DNA of 57,002 nucleotides from an uncultured Bacilli bacterium (GTDB lineage Bacteria; Bacillota_I; Bacilli_A; RF39; UBA660): NCBI GenBank assembly GCA_947628065.1, contig CANQYK010000002.1, positions 1 to 57,002 of the forward strand, read 5' to 3'. Shown piece by piece: positions 54,335 to 57,002 of this stretch (position 1 is its first letter; each line of letters starts with the position of its first letter). The notes under the pieces were generated by a model. It saw only the letters and a program-made list of their open reading frames with translations, ran no database searches and was not told where the DNA came from. The position numbers and the translations under genes were made by a program.

Positions 54335-54634
54335 GTGGAAATCAGTAATTATGAAAAATATTTGCCTATTGGTACAATTGTCCTATTAAAAAATGGGACA
54401 AAAAGAATTATGATAACAGGCTTTTGTTGTTTTGATTCTTCTAGTGAGAATAAATTCTACGATTATAATGGATGCTTATTTCCAGAAGGAATTATGGATT
54501 CAAGTAGAAATTTACTGTTTAATCATGATCAAATTGATAAGATTATTCATTTGGGATTAATTGATGATGAAGAAGAAAAAACGTTTAAGAAACAATTAAA
54601 AGAAATGTTACAACAATTAAAAAATAGTATTTAA
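54335..54634 (+). CDS. DUF4176 domain protein (T7SSb/LXG-locus associated)
   Basis: YLPIGTIVLLKNGTKRIMITGF......YDYNGCLFPEG....NLLFNHDQIDKIIHLG..DDEE matches the DUF4176 pattern. Confidence 0.7.
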   Translation: MEISNYEKYLPIGTIVLLKNGTKRIMITGFCCFDSSSENKFYDYNGCLFPEGIMDSSRNLLFNHDQIDKIIHLGLIDDEEEKTFKKQLKEMLQQLKNSI

Positions 54635-54657
54635 AATGAAATGGAGGATGAAAAAAA

Positions 54658-55281
54658 ATGAGTTTAAATCATAAAGTAAATAACGTACAACAATTATTAG
54701 ATGATTCAAAAAAATTATTAACAGAGGTTACAAATGGAGGGGATGCATCAGCATATTCTATTATCAAAAATTTGCATGATGCCTATGACAATTTAGTAGC
54801 AAATTGGAAAGGACCAGATGCTGGAGTACAAATCAATAACTTGGTAACAGTTTATAATGGTATGGTAGAATTTCGTTTGAAAATGGCCGATTTAGCTATA
54901 TCAGCATATTCTGTAGGTATTTATTATCGAAATATTCAAAGTGCGAATGGAGCAGGTGTTGATGTACCATCTCCTTTAAGTGATGATATTTCACCAAATA
55001 CAGAAAGTCCTTATGAAGATAATAGAGATACGATTGATATTACTCCAGAGGCTATGGAAGGTAAAAATAATATAGATAAAGCAAATAATAGTTTTGGAGA
55101 GTTAGAAAATAACTTTAGAGAATTGATGAATTCTATTTTTGGTAATTGGACAGCAGGTGATAGAAGAAGTGACTTTGAAGAATATTTTCGAGATTTTTCT
55201 TCAAAATTTAGTAATTATCAAGAGTTACTAAACAATATTACAAAAAATATAACATCCGCTTTGGAAAATTATAATGGTTAA
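54658..55281 (+). CDS. Extended WXG100/ESAT-6-like helical protein (207 aa, possibly two fused hairpins)
   Basis: NWKGPDAG (a W-x-G motif) sits between predicted helices. A second, related NWTAGD lies in the C-terminal half. Confidence 0.5.
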   Translation: MSLNHKVNNVQQLLDDSKKLLTEVTNGGDASAYSIIKNLHDAYDNLVANWKGPDAGVQINNLVTVYNGMVEFRLKMADLAISAYSVGIYYRNIQSANGAGVDVPSPLSDDISPNTESPYEDNRDTIDITPEAMEGKNNIDKANNSFGELENNFRELMNSIFGNWTAGDRRSDFEEYFRDFSSKFSNYQELLNNITKNITSALENYNG

Positions 55282-55355
55282 AAATGAATATGATGTTTTC
55301 ATTACATTCATTTTTTCTTAATTATGTAAAAATAGAAGAAGAGTAGGTGAATAAA

Positions 55356-56498
55356 ATGGATGAAATAAGCATTGATACATCTTCTTTAAATGAAGTATCT
55401 TCTGATGTTGATCGAATCATACAACAATATACAAGTGGTAAGTATTGTATGGAAGCATTACTAAGTGGTATTCCAGAAGAAGCAGCTGGTTATGATATTT
55501 CAGGATATGTTAGTCAATATAATGCGGCAGGTTCTTCCCTTGATGCTATTAGAGGACATGCTGGTAATATTCTTTCTGCAATCAGTGCTTTTGATGCTGG
55601 AATACAGTTTCGAGATACGGTAGGTGTTGCTTTGTTATCACTTCTTGAAGGTGGTCTTTCTTTTGGTCAAGATATTTATAAATTGTTAACCGTATTAGAA
55701 AGTGCGACTTGGTCAGTGGCGACAGTTCCAATAGATGCGATAAATTTTATTGGAAGTTTGCTCACAGGTGATCGTTATAAGTCTATGACAGAGGAACTTT
55801 GGGATGCGACAGGAGCAGAGATTTCAAAAAATTATGTTACAAGTGCTTTTAACAAATTTTATGACAGTAAAGGGAAAACATTAAAAGAAAATGCTGTTGC
55901 TTTTGAAAATGTAAGAGGAGTTAGTAGTATTATTGGAACTGCTGCTGCGGATGCTGTATTTACTTACTTAACTTTTGGTTTGGGAAAAGCGGCAACCGGT
56001 GCTACGGAAGCTTCTAGTGGTTTAAAGAACTTTGTAAAATTAACAAAAAACAGTGCGACTTTGGTAAGTCAAACAGGTTCTGCTATGGATAAGGGTACTT
56101 CTGTTAATCGATCTCTTGCCTATGGTACTGTCTTTGTCGCAGCCAATATGGCTTTAGGTGGTGCGAGTGGAAAGTTTAATGAAGCAGCTGCAACAATTGG
56201 TGAGAAAACAGAAAGTGTTTTGTTAAAAAAAGGAATTACAACCGCTGCTACTTCTGTTAATAGTGCTGTAAAAACGGAAGTCCAAACGGATACAAAATTG
56301 ATATATGATTATGATAGTGATCAAAGTTTTGTGGAAAATGTAAAAGAACAACATGAAGGAGAAGGAGATAATTTTGTAGAAAAAATGGTTGCGGCAAATG
56401 TAACTTCTAGTATGCCTTCTGCTACTACTACTACTACTTCTTCATCGTCTTCTAATTCTAATGCATCAAATTCTTCTAGTAATAATGATGCAGAATAA
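55356..56498 (+). CDS. Putative T7SS-type effector with Gly/Ala-rich hydrophobic segments and a Ser/Thr/Asn-rich tail
   Basis: Helical N-terminus. Segments such as SSIIGTAAADAVFTYLTFGLG and TVFVAANMALGGASG. Tail TTTTTSSSSSNSNASNSSSNN. AGGTGA RBS. Confidence 0.45.
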   Translation: MDEISIDTSSLNEVSSDVDRIIQQYTSGKYCMEALLSGIPEEAAGYDISGYVSQYNAAGSSLDAIRGHAGNILSAISAFDAGIQFRDTVGVALLSLLEGGLSFGQDIYKLLTVLESATWSVATVPIDAINFIGSLLTGDRYKSMTEELWDATGAEISKNYVTSAFNKFYDSKGKTLKENAVAFENVRGVSSIIGTAAADAVFTYLTFGLGKAATGATEASSGLKNFVKLTKNSATLVSQTGSAMDKGTSVNRSLAYGTVFVAANMALGGASGKFNEAAATIGEKTESVLLKKGITTAATSVNSAVKTEVQTDTKLIYDYDSDQSFVENVKEQHEGEGDNFVEKMVAANVTSSMPSATTTTTSSSSSNSNASNSSSNNDAE

Positions 56499-56526
56499 AC
56501 AATCGTGAAAAGAAAAGGTGATGTGT

Positions 56527-56904
56527 ATGCAAAGTTCTTATTATCTTGAATTAATGAGAGAATATAATGAAAAAGTAGAACGTTATACTGAGAAAAAAGA
56601 AAAAATTGATAATTATGTAATGAGACTAGAGGAAGCAAGTAGTTTAAATTCTGAATTAAGTGGTCTTTGTTCTTCTGCTTCTTCTGTTGCAAATGATGTT
56701 AGAGTCGCATCGTCTGGGTCTTTTGACAATGGCGAGTTGTCGGGTTTGTCTGCTTCTTTTGGCGCTATTAGTAGTGGTTTATCGGAGTGTTCTTCTCATT
56801 TAAAGATGAAGTCAAGTAAATATGCACAAGATATTTCTACCTATCAACAAAAGTATAGAGGAGCCGTCCAACTTTATAATTATTATTTGAGTATTGGAAA
56901 ATAG
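56527..56904 (+). CDS. Small helical protein (125 aa), possible T7SS accessory, targeting or immunity factor
   Basis: AAGGTGA RBS. Predicted coiled coil at both ends with a Ser-rich centre. Function suggested by context only. Confidence 0.4.
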   Translation: MQSSYYLELMREYNEKVERYTEKKEKIDNYVMRLEEASSLNSELSGLCSSASSVANDVRVASSGSFDNGELSGLSASFGAISSGLSECSSHLKMKSSKYAQDISTYQQKYRGAVQLYNYYLSIGK

Positions 56905-57002
56905 AAAAATTTCTTGTCAGTTCTCTATTTTTATGATATAGTAGGGAAGAAAACAGATGCGAAAGACGGAAATAAGGAAACTAAAAAGAGACTTCTTGGT
57001 TG

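Noticed and set aside
56957-57002. A possible new plus-strand gene starting ATGCGAAAGACGGAA... at the window edge.
   Set aside because: Only 15 codons are visible, which is too short to support a call. It is noted because it could begin the T7SS-related genes downstream.

Overview
This is a visibly AT-rich chromosomal segment from an endospore-forming Bacillota, with a gene set resembling Erysipelotrichia or Clostridia. TGA is used as a stop codon, so it is not a Mycoplasma-type genetic code.

Most of the window is housekeeping:
- Cell wall and division: a GT4 glycosyltransferase, an FtsW/RodA-family protein, PrsA, SepF, DivIVA, UppS, RadC, MreC and MreD.
- Central metabolism and Fe-S assembly: pyruvate phosphate dikinase, pyruvate:ferredoxin oxidoreductase (PFOR), and a sufC / short-sufD / sufS / sufU operon.
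- Sporulation: a tandem CotY/CotZ pair, two tiny YjcZ-like peptides, rpsU-yqfC-yqfD, and SpoIVFA-SpoIVFB.
- Other: a small alarmone synthetase, a SWIM-SNF2 helicase, and two tRNAs (Ala-UGC and Arg-ACG).

Several accessory modules sit between these genes and deserve a closer look:
1. An Abi_2/AbiF-type HEPN gene (5597-6466) is bracketed by two copies of a hairpin element whose stem differences are compensatory. This suggests a cis-encoded structured RNA partner.
2. A type III toxin-antitoxin architecture lies at 10819-11555. It has a consensus promoter, 2.2 direct 49-nt repeats with three covarying base pairs, a terminator, and a ToxN/AbiQ-like toxin.
3. A Cys-rich G5-domain surface protein is split by an A8 homopolymer frameshift.
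4. A bacteriocin locus has a C39-peptidase ABC exporter and two double-glycine-leader peptides that are too short for the ORF track.
5. A 783-aa protein has a type IV prepilin signal and thrombospondin-type-1-like cysteine repeats. It is followed by a membrane-anchored protein and a HerA/FtsK-type ATPase with no NurA partner.
6. Three tandem membrane-anchored paralogues have mosaic, partly 100% identical termini and diverged cores.
7. A type VII secretion (T7SSb) style effector cluster (DUF4176, a double WXG-like protein, a Gly/Ala-rich effector, a small helical protein) sits at the right edge.

No CRISPR array, transposase, integrase or rRNA was seen.

All family assignments rest on motif recognition by eye. 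No searches were run.
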